From the IMG/VR virus record IMGVR_UViG_3300007747_000100: DNA of 6,621 nucleotides; one strand, written 5' to 3'. The translations under genes were made by a program, and so were the position numbers. This DNA is from a virus (taxonomy: Duplodnaviria; Heunggongvirae; Uroviricota; Caudoviricetes). A model generated the notes under the pieces. It worked only from the letters and a program-made list of their open reading frames with translations, was not told the DNA's origin and searched no databases. Shown piece after piece: positions 5,062-6,621 of the stretch. The first letter of the stretch is position 1; the number at the start of each line of letters is the position of its first letter.

Positions 5062-6326
5062 ATTTGCCTCCGGGCTTTATCGAATGGCGTTACGTTGTAG
5101 TCTTTCCCGCTTTCCAGTGCCACCAGCAGATCAGCCCACTGTGCCAGCGCAGCTTTACGCTCATCAAAATACTGATGGCGGTTATAAATCCCCTCCACAC
5201 CCTTAATGCGATGATTGAGGCATCGTTCCGCTACGACAGGATCAACACCCAATGCTGCTAAATGAGTACGTGCGGTACGCCGGAAGTCGTGAATCGTGAA
5301 ATTAGGCACATCCGGCATTTCGGCGCGAACCTTAGCCAGTGCTACGGGTAAAGTGCTTTCCTGAATATGTGGGATCATTCTGTTTTGCATCTTCCTGGCT
5401 GGAAGCACCCATGCGCTATTACATGAAAAGGTGTGTAGCTCTCTCAACCATTCAACGGCTGGGGAAGGTAGAGGTATATCAATAGGGTCTCCGTTTTTGC
5501 TGCGTTCTTCCGGCAAATGCCATACCGCACCATCTAAATCAAACTCTTCCCATCGTGCGGCGCATAACTCCATCTTACGAACGCATAGTGCCAGCAATAG
5601 CTTAAATGTCAGTTCGTTCTGGCGGCTGAATCCTTTTGCGGTGCGCATAGCCTCGAATAGCCTGATAAGCTCATCGCGAGTTAGCCAACGGTCGCGGGAA
5701 ACCTCTTTACCACCAGCATCAGATACTTCAAACGCTGAACAAGGGTTTATCTCCAGAGCGTGGCGTTTTATCCCATAGTCAAAGATACGGCGTGCCCAGC
5801 GTAATACATCTGTTGCTATCGTTGGTGCTCCTCGGTCAACGATACCTTTCAACATGTCGTCAATGTGGCGTGGCTTAACGTCCTCTACCTTCATATGCCC
5901 AATGCAGGGGTTAATATCCTTATCAATTCTCCGGCGAAGGATATCGGGATGTTTCCATCTCGGAAGTATCTGGCGCTCGAAGTATTCGGAGGCCAGATCT
6001 GAAACACGCATGGCGTTTTTCTCAGCCTCCATTTTTGCCAGTGCTTCAGCTTTTCGTTCCTGTTTCTCTGCTGCTACGTCATAGCCAAGAGCAACTCTGG
6101 CTGACAGCTCTTTTGCTGTTTCTCTGGCTTTTGATAGTGACAGTTCGGAGTAAGAGCCTATAACCATAGCCCGCTGCTTTCCTGCGAGCTTATAGCGGAA
6201 TCGCCAGAACGGGACTGTGTAGTTTTTGGGGTAGCAAATATAAAGGCCGTTGCCGTCTGCCTTGCCATCAAATCTGTCTCCCGCCTTTATCCATGCGCGG
6301 ATCTGCATATCTGTGAGTTTTGGCAT
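5058..6326 (-). CDS. int: tyrosine site-specific integrase, P4-like family (about 422 aa)
   Basis: N-terminus MPKLTDMQIRAWIKAG...DGNGLYI matches the arm-binding N-terminal domain typical of P4-type integrases. The C-terminal region has the tyrosine-recombinase hallmarks (HDFRRTARTH; GIYNRHQY with the presumed catalytic Tyr). Start trimmed from the track's 6410 to the ATG at 6326..6324. Confidence 0.9.
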   Translation of the reverse strand: MPKLTDMQIRAWIKAGDRFDGKADGNGLYICYPKNYTVPFWRFRYKLAGKQRAMVIGSYSELSLSKARETAKELSARVALGYDVAAEKQERKAEALAKMEAEKNAMRVSDLASEYFERQILPRWKHPDILRRRIDKDINPCIGHMKVEDVKPRHIDDMLKGIVDRGAPTIATDVLRWARRIFDYGIKRHALEINPCSAFEVSDAGGKEVSRDRWLTRDELIRLFEAMRTAKGFSRQNELTFKLLLALCVRKMELCAARWEEFDLDGAVWHLPEERSKNGDPIDIPLPSPAVEWLRELHTFSCNSAWVLPARKMQNRMIPHIQESTLPVALAKVRAEMPDVPNFTIHDFRRTARTHLAALGVDPVVAERCLNHRIKGVEGIYNRHQYFDERKAALAQWADLLVALESGKDYNVTPFDKARRQM

Positions 6327-6355
6327 TGCGAATACCTGAATATCGAATATGGGGG

Positions 6356-6405
6356 TGTACATAAAGCAATGTACATGAAAGTCATTATGTACACCTCTAT
6401 GTACA
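6356..6405. promoter_or_regulatory. four TGTACA hexamers immediately upstream of the integrase start (candidate regulator or arm-type binding sites)
   Basis: TGTACA at 6356-6361, 6370-6375, 6388-6393 and 6400-6405, mostly in the context ATGTACA(C/T), within 80 bp upstream of the int ATG at 6326. Confidence 0.45.
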
Positions 6406-6434
6406 CGCATATTGTGCGCTTTGTTGCGTTGTTA

Positions 6435-6447
6435 TGATAGCTCATGA
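6435..6447 (+). repeat. 13-mer TGATAGCTCATGA, copy 2 (between the int upstream region and the junction terminator); candidate att or arm-type site
   Basis: Exact 13-bp direct repeat of 3957-3969. A further TGATAGCT lies at 6508-6515, overlapping the stop codon of the flanking gene. Confidence 0.45.
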
Positions 6448-6451
6448 TAAC

Positions 6452-6488
6452 AAAAAAGCCCGACATTTCGCGGGCTTTGTGGTTTTTT
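6452..6488. terminator. bidirectional rho-independent terminator
   Basis: GC-rich stem GCCCG (6458-6462) / CGGGC (6471-6475), extendable to AAAGCCCG/CGGGCTTT, with an 8-nt loop. It is flanked by an A-run (6452-6457) and a T-run (6483-6488), so it reads as hairpin plus U-tract on either strand. Confidence 0.6.
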
Positions 6489-6514
6489 GCTGCTTGGTGA
6501 TTTTTACTGATAGC

Positions 6515-6621
6515 TTATTCGATATTCTGAATCTGCTCGCGCATCTGCTCAATCAACACTTTCAGCTCGATGGCAGAATTCGTCACTTCGGCATTGATAG
6601 ATTTCGAAGCAAGAGTGTTCG
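6515..6621 (-). CDS. 3' end of an unidentified, presumably chromosomal gene (partial)
   Basis: Minus-strand frame open from the window edge to TAA at 6517..6515 (C-terminus ...INAEVTNSAIELKVLIEQMREQIQNIE), followed downstream by the hairpin terminator. Product not recognised. Confidence 0.5.
   Translation of the reverse strand, partial: NTLASKSINAEVTNSAIELKVLIEQMREQIQNIE

Noticed and set aside
5016-6084. Plus-strand track ORFs 5016..5261, 5431..5778 and 5854..6084
   Set aside because: All antisense within the integrase gene, whose identity is strongly supported; shadow ORFs.
6356-6405. LexA (SOS) box at the TGTACA repeats
   Set aside because: The sites do not fit CTGT-N8-ACAG spacing; they are isolated TGTACA hexamers at irregular 12-18 bp intervals.
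6327-6410. Integrase N-terminal extension (track start at 6410, MRVHRGVH...)
   Set aside because: The extension is translated from the TGTACA repeat region (giving repeated VH/MY codons) and precedes the canonical P4-type integrase N-terminus MPKLTD...; the start was moved to 6326.
6327-6514. tRNA/tmRNA 3' end as integration target next to the integrase
   Set aside because: No T-arm-like GGTTCGA or acceptor/CCA features are recognisable; the region contains only repeats, a terminator and the end of a protein-coding gene.
1-6621. CRISPR array, rRNA or IS element with terminal inverted repeats
   Set aside because: No regularly spaced direct repeats of 25-40 bp with unique spacers, no rRNA-like conserved blocks, and no transposase-like ORF flanked by inverted repeats were seen.

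Overview
All genes I can support lie on the minus strand and look like the integrase-proximal end of an integrated mobile island (satellite/PICI-like or cryptic prophage-like). Right to left: the 3' end of a presumably chromosomal gene with a bidirectional intrinsic terminator (6452-6488); a P4-type tyrosine integrase (true start most likely 6326, not 6410) preceded by four TGTACA hexamers; an AT-rich 216-aa gene of unknown function translationally coupled to the integrase (my best candidate for novel accessory/defence cargo); a ~470-bp AT-rich regulatory region with helically phased repeats; then an AlpA/Vis-family regulator heading a long polycistron of tightly overlapping small genes (101 aa, AntA-like 277 aa, 59 aa, an unresolved long ORF, 64, 72, 64, 87, 57, 200 aa, and a fragment running off the left edge). 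Two short ORFs below the track threshold (707-880, 2355-2534) appear real, and the 344-aa track ORF is probably a composite. An oriented 8-mer (TGATAGCT) occurs five times on the plus strand, at the alpA leader, in the phased array, inside the cargo gene and twice at the right-hand junction. No tRNA, rRNA or CRISPR array was seen. Functions beyond integrase / AlpA-family / AntA-like are recalled family resemblance only; no homology search was run.
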